Shown: positions 1 through 8,927 of the stretch, piece by piece
Layout of the letters: every line of letters starts with the position of its first letter
Position numbering within the stretch: position 1 is the first letter of the stretch
Source of the DNA: Nitrospirota bacterium
Lineage (GTDB): Bacteria; Nitrospirota; JACRHJ01
DNA length: 64,000 nt
Direction: 5' to 3'
Assembly (NCBI GenBank): GCA_963733375.1
Contig: CAVTDB010000006.1
Span: 1-64,000 of the forward strand
Notes under the pieces: model-generated
Told to the model about the DNA's origin: nothing
The model's input: only the letters and a program-made list of their open reading frames with translations
Databases searched by the model: none
Translations under genes and position numbers: made by a program

Positions 1-1
1 A

Positions 2-106
2 AAAGTCGCCCGCACGATTGCGGACCTTGATAACCGGGAGACGATACAGGCGCCGGACGTCGCCGAAGCTATCCAGTACAGAAGCCTTGACCGGAAACTG
101 ATTTAA
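2..106 (+). CDS. comM: 3' end of YifB/ComM family Mg-chelatase-like AAA ATPase (partial)
   Basis: Frame 2 reads [34 protein letters not shown], the typical ComM/YifB C-terminus. Confidence 0.85.
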   Translation, partial: KVARTIADLDNRETIQAPDVAEAIQYRSLDRKLI

Positions 107-263
107 TTTAAATAATGCTTCGTGGGCGCGACGATAATGGCGATGTGTTTATTCCCCGATGTAACAATTTTTTTCCCACTTCTCCCGTCCAAACATTGAT
201 CATTTCAACCCAATCATCTGAAATTACAGCATAATATTCCGCGCGAGTTTTTATCTGCCGACA

Positions 264-292
264 TTGACAAAATGCGGGAGACGATGTAGCTT
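264..292 (+). promoter_or_regulatory. Putative sigma70 promoter
   Basis: TTGACA-17 bp-TAGCTT upstream of the ATG at 421. Confidence 0.45.
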
Positions 293-420
293 ATAAAAAG
301 TAAATTACTTATTTGTGGAGGTAACGGTAATTCCTCTGCAGCCGCGTGAAATAAAGGGCGTGGAGGCGTTGACGGCCGTTGAGAAGTGGATGATCGGTTA
401 AAAACAGAGAGGGTGCGGAC

Positions 421-843
421 ATGCCAAACGGACAAGAAACAGACATTCTGAAAGCCAGAGAGGTCATAAGAAGGACGTTGGCAGGAAAGGCGTCATGGTC
501 CTGGCAGCCACGAACAGGATCGATATTATAGACCTTGCGCTTTTGAGGAGTGGCAGGTTCGACCTCCCTCATGGAACTCCGTCCGCCAGACGAAAAGGCA
601 AGGCGTGAGATTTTTAAAATACACACAAGGGGCAAACTGCTCGGCTCGGACATAGACTTTGAGAGGCTCGCCGAGGAGACGGATGGGATGTCCGGTTCGG
701 ATATAGGGTTTATCTGCCGGACGGCTTCCATGTCGGCAATTCGGGAGCATATCAACCTGAGAGTAGAGTTTAAAGTGACAAACAGGCATTTCGATGAAGC
801 GCTCCAGTCTGCGAGGGAGCGAAGAGAGGTGCTCGCAGAATGA
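421..843 (+). pseudogene. CDC48/VCP-like AAA ATPase relic with a large internal deletion
   Basis: N-terminal-like LKAREV..KDVGR is joined directly to D2-domain KGVMVLAATNRIDIIDLALLRSGRFD, then (shifted frame) ELRPPDEKARREIFKIHT...GMSGSDI...HFDEAL; no Walker A/B motifs remain. Confidence 0.75.
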
Positions 844-908
844 ACGGAAAGTCATCTACGGCGTCATTGAAAACTTCGTAAACGCTGAAATTCGGCATGA
901 CGCCAGCC

Positions 909-995
909 GTCAGAATGCAAGGCCTGGCATATCGCGAAGCTCCTTAGACACGCCATCCTGATAGACGGCTGTCAGAATGCAAGCCCTGACATATC
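909..995. repeat. Two 25-bp direct repeats (909-933, 971-995)
   Basis: GTCAGAATGCAAGGCCTGGCATATC vs GTCAGAATGCAAGCCCTGACATATC, 2 mismatches, 37-bp gap. Confidence 0.8.
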
Positions 996-1164
996 TGGTT
1001 CACGTTTTTATATTAAATCTTATTGCCATTTCCGTTAATAATCATTCCATATGATATAATAACGATTACCGGAATTGCTTTAAAATCATTATTTTTTCTC
1101 ATATTAAAGGTCAAATTGTAATTATTGCTGAGTAGTGACGCTCATATTTTAATGTGCGATTTTA

Positions 1165-1193
1165 TTGACAGAATTATTTCATTATTGTAATCT
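1165..1193 (+). promoter_or_regulatory. Putative sigma70 promoter
   Basis: TTGACA-17 bp-TAATCT in an AT-rich intergenic region. Confidence 0.5.
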
Positions 1194-1281
1194 TCGGAGG
1201 TTCATAAGCGGGAGGTTTGCAGGCGGATTTATAGTTTCTTTATAGTTACATACTTGATATAAAAGGAAAGCGGGAATTTAG

Positions 1282-2505
1282 ATGTCCGAAAAAATACTTG
1301 TTGTCGATGACGAACAGGATATCGTAAAGGTACTTTCTAAAATCCTCGAACTTGCCGGATACGAAGTGATTTCCGCCTACAACGGGACCGAAGCCGTCCA
1401 ATACGTCAAAGAAAACAACCCCGATCTGGTGCTCCTGGACTACATGATGCCGGATATTACCGGCCTGGAAGTCCTGCAACAGATAAAGGCATTTTCCGAA
1501 GAAGTATACGTAATAATGGTAACCGGGCGCGGAAGCGAGGAAGTGGCCGCCTCGGTGATGAAGGCCGGCGCGTCCGACTACGTGATAAAGCCTTTCGTGA
1601 AAGACCAGATACTGACGGTGGTAAAGGATACCTTGAGGATAAGGACCGCCGAGATAAAGGCGAAACACCTCCAGGAAGAGGTCCAGGAGCTTAACCGCGA
1701 GCTTGAGCGAAAGGTGGAGGAGAGGACAAGAGATTTAATGGAGACCCAGGACAGGCTTATCCACCAGACAAACCTGGCCTCGCTTGGCGAGATGTCCGGC
1801 GGCATGGCGCATGAGATAAGGAACCCGTTAAATTCAATCGCGCTTTATTCCCAGATAATGATTGACGAGTTGGATGAGGGCGACCCCAGGCGCGAGTATA
1901 TAGGGAAGATAATGTCCGATGTGGACAGGATAAACGCGATAGTCACGAACCTGAACCTCTTCTCGCGCAGGATAAAAAGGGAAAAGAAGCCAATCCACCT
2001 GCTCTCGTCCATAAAAGCGTCGATCCGGACAATGTCCACGCAGTTCATGAAGAACAACATAAAAGTGCGGCTGGACATGGAGCCGGACATCCCGGAGGTA
2101 CTGGCGTCGCCCGAAGAAATGGAGGAGGTTTTCTCCCATCTTCTGGTGAACGCGCTCCACGCCATGCCCCAGGGAGGCGATATAGTCATCCGGGTCACGA
2201 AAACCAGGGGCAACTCGAAAGCCGAACTTCTCCGTGACCGCCCGCCCTCGCAACGCGACTATGTCGAGGTAAAGCTTAAGGATACCGGCATCGGCATTGA
2301 GAAGGAAGCTCTAAGCAAAATTTTCATCCCGTTTTACACCACCAAGTCTGACTGGGAAGGGACGGGGCTCGGACTTTCGGTCGTTGACAGGGTAATAAAT
2401 GACCACGGCGGCGTGATAGATGTCGAAAGCGAGCCCGGAGTGGGCTCCACCTTCATCATCCGCCTCCCCGCCCTGGAGAGCGGGTCCCAGATTTCCGCCG
2501 CTTAA
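1282..2505 (+). CDS. Hybrid response regulator receiver / histidine kinase (cytoplasmic)
   Basis: REC domain (VVDDE, LLDYMMP, KP), coiled coil, H-box AHEIRNPL, N-box NALHAM, DTGIGI, GTGLGL. Confidence 0.93.
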   Translation: MSEKILVVDDEQDIVKVLSKILELAGYEVISAYNGTEAVQYVKENNPDLVLLDYMMPDITGLEVLQQIKAFSEEVYVIMVTGRGSEEVAASVMKAGASDYVIKPFVKDQILTVVKDTLRIRTAEIKAKHLQEEVQELNRELERKVEERTRDLMETQDRLIHQTNLASLGEMSGGMAHEIRNPLNSIALYSQIMIDELDEGDPRREYIGKIMSDVDRINAIVTNLNLFSRRIKREKKPIHLLSSIKASIRTMSTQFMKNNIKVRLDMEPDIPEVLASPEEMEEVFSHLLVNALHAMPQGGDIVIRVTKTRGNSKAELLRDRPPSQRDYVEVKLKDTGIGIEKEALSKIFIPFYTTKSDWEGTGLGLSVVDRVINDHGGVIDVESEPGVGSTFIIRLPALESGSQISAA

Positions 2506-2561
2506 TTCCAGGCCTACATTCCCCTTGCCAAGCCCGCGTCCTTGAAGTAAAATGCGTATCT

Positions 2562-3611
2562 ATGAGAAAATCACTTTTCCTATCCTTCCTTCTGCTTATA
2601 TTATTTTTCCCCGCCCTTGGTTTTTGCGAAAACCCGAAGCTGGCGGTCTTCCCGTTCAAAAATAATGGACAGCCCCAGCAGAACGGACTGGCCTCCGGTC
2701 TTTCGGCAATGTTCGCCACTAATCTTGCCGGACTTAAAAACGTTGACGTGGTGGACACGCAAAAGGTCTCCGCGGCGATGTCCAAGTTAGTGCTTACCGG
2801 AGGTGCGCCGAGTGTGGAGGACTCGCTGAAGGCGGCGGCGGACCTTGGCGCGGCTTATGCGGTCACCGGGGATTTCGTGGTATTCGGCGGCCGGTTCAGG
2901 ATCGACGTCCGGGTCTATGACGTCAAGAGCGGGACGATAAAATTCATCGACAAGGCCCAATCCAAGGAAGACGCCATGTTCGATATGGTGGACCAGCTCT
3001 CGGACAAGATGGTAGTGGCCATAGCGGGCGCGCTGCCGCCGGCCCCGGGTGGGCTTCAGGTAAAGACCGACCCGGAGGCGGCTACGCTGTATGTGGATGG
3101 AGACAATGCGGGAATAACCCCGGCGACGGTTAAGAATTTAAAGACGGGCGTGCACAATATAAGGCTGGTACTGGCGGGATACCAGGAATATACCCAGAAA
3201 GTGGATGTAAAGGAGAACGAGGCCGCAAAGGTGGACGTGAAACTTATCCGCCTTTACGGGGGCATCCGGGTATGGTGGCGCGACCTTCCCAACAGCGACA
3301 TATCCCTGGGCGGCGATACCATCTCCATGGCCCAGTTCCAGAGCATCTACATGCTGTCCAAGTTCTGCCGGAACGAGCCCGCGGGCAATTACAAGGTCGC
3401 GGTGAGGATGCCTTTCAAGGACCAATCCTCCTGGGACAGCACTCCCGTCTGGCGCACCTATTCGACGGAAATCACCATAAGCCCGGGCGAGGTCACGGAC
3501 ATATACATCAATAACAACATGTCCTCGCCAAGCATCGACATAGCTACATGCGGCTCGTGCGCCGCGAACTGGGATTTTACGACGAAGATGTCCTGGTACG
3601 AGATGAGATAA
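2562..3611 (+). CDS. Exported protein with CsgG/TolB-N-like domain and PEGA domain
   Basis: Signal peptide; LAVFPFKN...VTGDF...RIDVRVYDV; PEGA-like VKTDPEAATLYVDG..GITP. Confidence 0.75.
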   Translation: MRKSLFLSFLLLILFFPALGFCENPKLAVFPFKNNGQPQQNGLASGLSAMFATNLAGLKNVDVVDTQKVSAAMSKLVLTGGAPSVEDSLKAAADLGAAYAVTGDFVVFGGRFRIDVRVYDVKSGTIKFIDKAQSKEDAMFDMVDQLSDKMVVAIAGALPPAPGGLQVKTDPEAATLYVDGDNAGITPATVKNLKTGVHNIRLVLAGYQEYTQKVDVKENEAAKVDVKLIRLYGGIRVWWRDLPNSDISLGGDTISMAQFQSIYMLSKFCRNEPAGNYKVAVRMPFKDQSSWDSTPVWRTYSTEITISPGEVTDIYINNNMSSPSIDIATCGSCAANWDFTTKMSWYEMR

Positions 3612-3613
3612 AA

Positions 3614-5302
3614 GTGTTAAAAGAGCTTTCGGTAAAAAATTTCGCCATTATAGAAAAGCTGGATATCTCCCTATCCGGCGGTCTCACCTGTCTGACCGGC
3701 GAGACCGGGGCGGGGAAATCCATCCTCGCCGACGCGGTAGGCGCGCTCCTGGGAGGGAAGGCCGGGGCGGAATTTGCAAGGATTGGCAGCGGGGCTGACG
3801 GGGGCGGCGCGGAAGCGGGCGAGACGGCAGTCGAGGGGATATTCGACCTCTCCGGCTTTCCGGAGGTTAAGGCGCTCCTGGAGGGAAGGGGCCTGCCCGC
3901 GGAGGACGAGCTAGTGGTAAGAAGGCTTATCTTTCCCCGTGGACGGGCTTACATAAATGGTTGCCTTGTCAACCTCTCCGCACTCCAGGAAATCGGCGAG
4001 CATCTTGCCGACATCCACGGCCAGCATGACCACCAATCCCTCCTGAAGGCTGACAGGCAGCTTAAACTCTTGGACGAGTTCTGCCAGGCATCCGCGCTCT
4101 ATTCCTCGTATATCGAAAAGTACCGCGAACTCTCAGGACTGCGGGCCGCACTCGGCGGTTTCGAGGCCGGCGGACGCGAGCGGGCGCAGAGGCTGGACCT
4201 GCTTCTGTTCCAGAGGGACGAGATAGACAAAGCGGAGCTTTCCCCGTCGGAGGAGAATGATCTCAACTCGGAGCGTTCAAGGCTCCTGCATGCGGACAGG
4301 CTCCGGGCGCTATCCCAGGAGGTCCTGGCGTGCCTCAGGGATTCGGATTCTCCCGCGCTAACCGGCGTGGGTGAGGCCAAGAAGGCGGTAAAAGAGATGG
4401 AAGGCTTAACCGGCTCTTTTGGGGAGACGTTAAGGCTGGTCGAGGGCGCGGAGGTATCCCTTATGGAGGCATGCTCCGCCATCAGGGACTTTGAGCGGAC
4501 GCTTGAGGCGGACCCGGAGCGGCTTTCCCTTGTCGAGGAGAGGCTGGACCTTATATCGAGGCTGAAGAAAAAATACGGCGAGACGGTCCAGCAGGTGCTT
4601 TCTTATCGGGACGGGCTGGAGGATGAACTAAACAGTCTGGCCGGCGCGGAAGATGACCTGGACGGGCTGAAGGCGAAAATATCGGAGGCTGAAGCGTCGC
4701 TTTTATCCCTTGGCCGGGAGCTCTCGGAGAGGCGCAAGGCGGGGGCGAGGGATTTCGGGGCGAAGATACGGATAGAGTTAGCCGAACTGGGGATGGAGAA
4801 GGCGGAATTTAAGGTGGAGTTTTACCTCCAGGAGAAGCCAGCCCCCCAGGGGATGGAGAAGGCGGAATTCTTATTTTCGGCAAACCCGGGCGAAGGGCTT
4901 AAACCCCTGTCGAAAGTAGCCTCCGGCGGAGAGCTTTCCCGCGTGATGCTGGCGCTTAAGGTTATACTCTCGGGCGCGGACAGGGTGCCGACTTTGATAT
5001 TTGACGAAGTTGACTCCGGCATTGGCGGGAAGACCGCGGTAGCCGTTGGGAAAAAACTCAGGCAGGCGGCAATAGGCCGTCAGGTGCTCTGCATAACGCA
5101 CCTGCCGCAGATCGCGTCCCAGGCGGGCGAGCATTTCGTTGTGGAGAAAAAAACCGACGGGAAAAGGACGAAAGTGTCCATACATAAACTCGATAAAGAC
5201 GAGCGGGTAAGGGAAGTGGCAAGGATGCTGGGAGATGACGAATCAAGCGCGGCTTCGGCGCATGCGGCGGAGCTTGTGAAAAGAGGAGGCGGGGTTGTCT
5301 GA
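3614..5302 (+). CDS. recN: DNA repair protein RecN
   Basis: LKELSVKNFAIIE, LTGETGAGKS, HGQHDHQ, ASGGELSR, FDEVDSGIGG, CITHLPQIA; GTG start at 3614. Confidence 0.96.
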   Translation: MLKELSVKNFAIIEKLDISLSGGLTCLTGETGAGKSILADAVGALLGGKAGAEFARIGSGADGGGAEAGETAVEGIFDLSGFPEVKALLEGRGLPAEDELVVRRLIFPRGRAYINGCLVNLSALQEIGEHLADIHGQHDHQSLLKADRQLKLLDEFCQASALYSSYIEKYRELSGLRAALGGFEAGGRERAQRLDLLLFQRDEIDKAELSPSEENDLNSERSRLLHADRLRALSQEVLACLRDSDSPALTGVGEAKKAVKEMEGLTGSFGETLRLVEGAEVSLMEACSAIRDFERTLEADPERLSLVEERLDLISRLKKKYGETVQQVLSYRDGLEDELNSLAGAEDDLDGLKAKISEAEASLLSLGRELSERRKAGARDFGAKIRIELAELGMEKAEFKVEFYLQEKPAPQGMEKAEFLFSANPGEGLKPLSKVASGGELSRVMLALKVILSGADRVPTLIFDEVDSGIGGKTAVAVGKKLRQAAIGRQVLCITHLPQIASQAGEHFVVEKKTDGKRTKVSIHKLDKDERVREVARMLGDDESSAASAHAAELVKRGGGVV

Positions 5303-5501
5303 GGCTAAGGTGGACAGGGAGAGGTGCAAGGGCTGCCTTTTGTGCACGGCCATGTGCCCGAAAGGCCTTCTTAAGCAGGGCAACGAGTACAACAGCTTCG
5401 GCTTTTATGCCATTATCGCGACCGGGCAGGAAGAATGCACCGGCTGCGGGATGTGTTCCTTGATCTGCCCGGACGGCGCTATAGAGGTATTCGAGAAGTA
5501 A
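5295..5501 (+). CDS. 2x[4Fe-4S] ferredoxin, delta subunit of 2-oxoacid:ferredoxin oxidoreductase
   Basis: CKGCLLCTAMCP and CTGCGMCSLICP motifs; directly upstream of vorB. Confidence 0.88.
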   Translation: MSEAKVDRERCKGCLLCTAMCPKGLLKQGNEYNSFGFYAIIATGQEECTGCGMCSLICPDGAIEVFEK

Positions 5502-5566
5502 TCGGCCGCCGCTTTGAGGGCCGGGACGGCGGGCATACAGTTCGATTTCTGGGAGGCGGATTATCC

Positions 5567-6637
5567 ATGAGCATAAATACCGTCCTTTTAAAGGGCAACG
5601 AGGCCCTGGCCGAGGGCTCTATCCAAGCCGGCTGCCGGTTCTTTTTCGGTTATCCCATCACGCCTCAAAACGAGATACCGGAATACATGGCGAGGAGGAT
5701 GCCGGAGGTGGGCGGGGTATTCCTCCAGTCCGAGAGCGAAGTGGCGGCCATAAACATGGTCTTCGGCGCATCCGCCTGCGGGGCGCGGGCCATGACTTCT
5801 TCATCGTCTCCCGGCATAAGCTTGAAACAGGAGGGGATATCCTTTCTGGCAGGGGCCCAGCTGCCGGCGGTGATAGTGAACGTCCAGAGAGGCGGCCCCG
5901 GACTTGGCAATATATCCGCGTCGCAGGCGGACTATTTCCAGGCGGTGAAGGGCGGCGGACACGGAGACTACCATATGCTGGTCTATGCGCCCGCGAGCGT
6001 GCAGGAAGCGTATGACCTGGCGGTAAAGGCCTTCGATAAGGCGGACGAGTACCGTACCCCGGTGATGATACTGGCGGACGGCATACTGGGCCAGATGATG
6101 GAGCCGGTGAGGCTTAAGGTCCCGAAGCTTAAGAAGTTCGATAAGGGCTGGGCGCTTACGGGATGTGAAGGCCGGGAGCCGAACGTCGTGAAATCGCTTT
6201 TCATGGGCGAAGGCGAACTCGAAAGGATGGACCTTCTCCTTAATAAAAAATATATCCGGATGAAAAATAGAGAGACTATGGCGGAGGAGTTCATGGTGGA
6301 CGACGCGGAACTGATCGTAACCGCGTACGGCACCGCTGCGAGAATAGCAAAATCGGCAGTCCGGCAGATGAGAAGCGCGGGGAAGAAGGTGGGTCTTATC
6401 AGGCCGATTACGCTTTTCCCGTTCCCTGAGAAGGTCTACCAGAATGCCGCCGCCCGCGCGAAAAAATTCCTTACCGTGGAGATGAACCTCGGCCAGATGG
6501 TGGAGGACGTGCGCCTGGCGGTAAACGGGAAGAGGCCGGTGGAGTTTTACGGCAGGCCGGGCGGAGGCGTCCCCACTCCGGGCGAGCTTTATAAGGTAAT
6601 CGCGAAACACTATCCGAAGGGGCGGAAGAAAACTTGA
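5567..6637 (+). CDS. vorB: 2-oxoisovalerate:ferredoxin oxidoreductase alpha-type subunit (VorB family)
   Basis: KGNEALAE, FFGYPITPQNE, TSSSSPGISLKQE, QRGGPGLG, VKGGGHGDY, VEMNLGQM. Confidence 0.88.
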   Translation: MSINTVLLKGNEALAEGSIQAGCRFFFGYPITPQNEIPEYMARRMPEVGGVFLQSESEVAAINMVFGASACGARAMTSSSSPGISLKQEGISFLAGAQLPAVIVNVQRGGPGLGNISASQADYFQAVKGGGHGDYHMLVYAPASVQEAYDLAVKAFDKADEYRTPVMILADGILGQMMEPVRLKVPKLKKFDKGWALTGCEGREPNVVKSLFMGEGELERMDLLLNKKYIRMKNRETMAEEFMVDDAELIVTAYGTAARIAKSAVRQMRSAGKKVGLIRPITLFPFPEKVYQNAAARAKKFLTVEMNLGQMVEDVRLAVNGKRPVEFYGRPGGGVPTPGELYKVIAKHYPKGRKKT

Positions 6638-7866
6638 AACTCGGCGAGGCGATGGTAAAGGAAGGCCTTATTACCAACGACACCCTGGCCAGGTCGCTGG
6701 AGCGCCAGATTATTTTCGGCGGCAGGCTGGGTACGAACCTTATCGAGATGGGGGCCATATCCGAGGAGAACCTGGCCCGGTTCCTGGGGAAGGTGCTGGG
6801 CGTGCCGTATGCCGAGCCCGCTCAGTTCGAGGAAGTGCCCCAGGACGCTCTTGGATGCCGTAAAGCCGGAGCTGGTCGAGAAATATACTATCTTTCCGTT
6901 AAAGAAGGAGCGCTCAAAGCTTCACCTCGCGATGAAGGACCCGAACGATATTGCACTGGTGGACGAACTCCGGTTTGTCCTGGGGACAGAGATCAAGGGC
7001 TATATCGCCTCCGAGATAAGGATACTGTACGCGCTGGAGAAATACTACGGCATCAAGCGCGACCTGAGGTACGTCTCTATCCTGGACGAGGAGAAGGAGA
7101 CGTGGGAAAAGTCAAAGGCGCCAGACCTGCTTAAGATACCGCAAAAGGAAGATAAGCCGGCACCGGCGTCAGGGCCCCCGCATCCCACCGGCGCCGCAAG
7201 ATATGAAAACCGTCCCGGAACCGGAGCCATGCCCCGGGCGCGCCGTGAAGAGGCTCGAAGCCGTGCCCGAGCCGGTAGACGGCGGCGAGCCTGACTTGCA
7301 TATCGGAGGATCCCCCTCGAGCCGTCAGTTTCTGCGTCTGAACCTTGCGCCGTCCGGCGAGGCCGTGGCTGTTACCTGCCGCAAAATCCCCGCAGTCGCC
7401 ATATGAGATGCTGGCGTCGCCTTCGGACAGGGAGAGCATTGCGGATGCCGTGGTCATGGCGGCTGTCGAAAAATTATCGCGGGTGGCGCTTTTCAGGGTA
7501 AAGGAGGGCGTGCTGTCCGGATGGAGATGCGCCCTTTCCGGAGCGGCGACGGATATTTCCAGGCTTGCCATAAGAATCGACCTTCCCTGCATATTCAAAG
7601 AGGTGGTGGAAGAAAAATCACTGTATAAGGGGCCTGTGGCGCCACTGCCAAAAAACGACATGCTGATGGACGCGCTGGGCGGGGACAGGCCGCTTGAGGC
7701 GGTTGCATGCCCGCTGGTGATAAAGGACAAGGTGGTGGCGGTCCTTTACGGAGACAATGGGCCCGGCTCCATGACCCGGTGCGAGACTGCCTTTTTTCTT
7801 TCTCTTATGTCAAAGGCCTCCATGTCGCTCGAAATACTTATCCTGAAGAATAAAATACTCTCCTGA
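6634..7866 (+). CDS. GspE-N/MshEN domain protein with C-terminal GAF-like region (frameshifted in sequence)
   Basis: KLGEAMVKEGLI...LERQ...RLGTNLIEMG tandem MshEN-like motif; continues in ORF 6809 (LHLAMKDP..ALEKYYG) and ORF 7345 (PLVIKDKVVAVLYGDNG). Confidence 0.75.
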
Positions 7867-8801
7867 TGCCGCAAAAACCTGTTTCCTTAATCCCGACGGT
7901 GACCGGGATGAGGCTCGACGTTTTCCTGGCCGGGGCAGGTCTCGGCCTGACCCGGAGTCACGCTCAAAAACTGATAGATGAGGGGCTGGTTACAGTCTCC
8001 GGCAAACCGAAAAAGGCGAATTACAAGCTTCGGCCCGGGGACCTGGTGGACGTAGTCGTGCCGGAGCCGCCGCCGGTGCTGGCCATCCCCGAGGACATCC
8101 CCATTGAGGTGCTCTACGAGGACGAGGATATAGTGGTAGTAAACAAACCGGCGGGAATGGTGGTGCACCCGGCGGCTGGAAATTTTTCGGGTACGCTGGT
8201 AAACGCGCTCCTGCACAGGTACGGCAGTCTCTCTTCCGTGGGGGGCGAATTCAGGCCGGGGATAGTCCACCGGCTCGACAAGGACACGTCGGGGGTGATG
8301 GTGGTGGCGAGGAACGACCGGGCGTACTATGCGCTCGCCAGCCAGTTCAAGTCGCACGAAAACGTCCGTGAATATGCGGCAATAGCCGTCGGGGCTTTCA
8401 AGGACGTCGAGGGGACCGTCGCGGTAGCGATAGGGCGGCACGTCACGGACAGGAAGAAGATGTCCCCCGTGACCTTCCAGGGCAGGAACGCGCTTACGCA
8501 TTACAAGGTGCTTGAAAACTTCAACGGCGCGGCATATCTGAAGCTCAGGCTAAAGACGGGCAGAACGCACCAGGTCCGGGTGCATATGGCCCATATCGGG
8601 CACCCCCTGGCGGGGGACCGGGTATATGGGGGCGCGGGCGCGGCGAAACTTCTGGGGATGAAAATACCCCGCCAGATGCTCCACGCGGCCCTCCTGGGCA
8701 TCACACACCCTTCCACCGGCAAATATATGCAGTTTGAAAAGGAAGTGCCCGAAGACATGGCGAAAGTCCTTCAATTTTTAAGGGCTAAATCGTGCAAATG
8801 A
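7866..8801 (+). CDS. rluD: RluA family 23S rRNA pseudouridine synthase (RluD-like)
   Basis: S4 domain RLDVFL, VNKPAGMVVHP, HRLDKDTSG, TGRTHQVRVHM. Confidence 0.93.
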   Translation: MPQKPVSLIPTVTGMRLDVFLAGAGLGLTRSHAQKLIDEGLVTVSGKPKKANYKLRPGDLVDVVVPEPPPVLAIPEDIPIEVLYEDEDIVVVNKPAGMVVHPAAGNFSGTLVNALLHRYGSLSSVGGEFRPGIVHRLDKDTSGVMVVARNDRAYYALASQFKSHENVREYAAIAVGAFKDVEGTVAVAIGRHVTDRKKMSPVTFQGRNALTHYKVLENFNGAAYLKLRLKTGRTHQVRVHMAHIGHPLAGDRVYGGAGAAKLLGMKIPRQMLHAALLGITHPSTGKYMQFEKEVPEDMAKVLQFLRAKSCK

Positions 8802-8844
8802 CAGAAACTGAAAGATGGAGAATCAAAACAGATATAAAAAGATA

Positions 8845-8873
8845 TTGACTGAAATAAAACTTTGTTCTAAAAT
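8845..8873 (+). promoter_or_regulatory. Putative sigma70 promoter of the IclR gene
   Basis: TTGACT-17 bp-TAAAAT. Confidence 0.6.
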
Positions 8874-8927
8874 GACTCCAAAATTCTTACCAATGTTTTA
8901 GTAATTTTTATCAGCAGGTGCTTTAAG

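Noticed and set aside
909-995. CRISPR array
   Set aside because: Only two imperfect repeats, no third unit and no cas genes in the window; kept only as a repeat.
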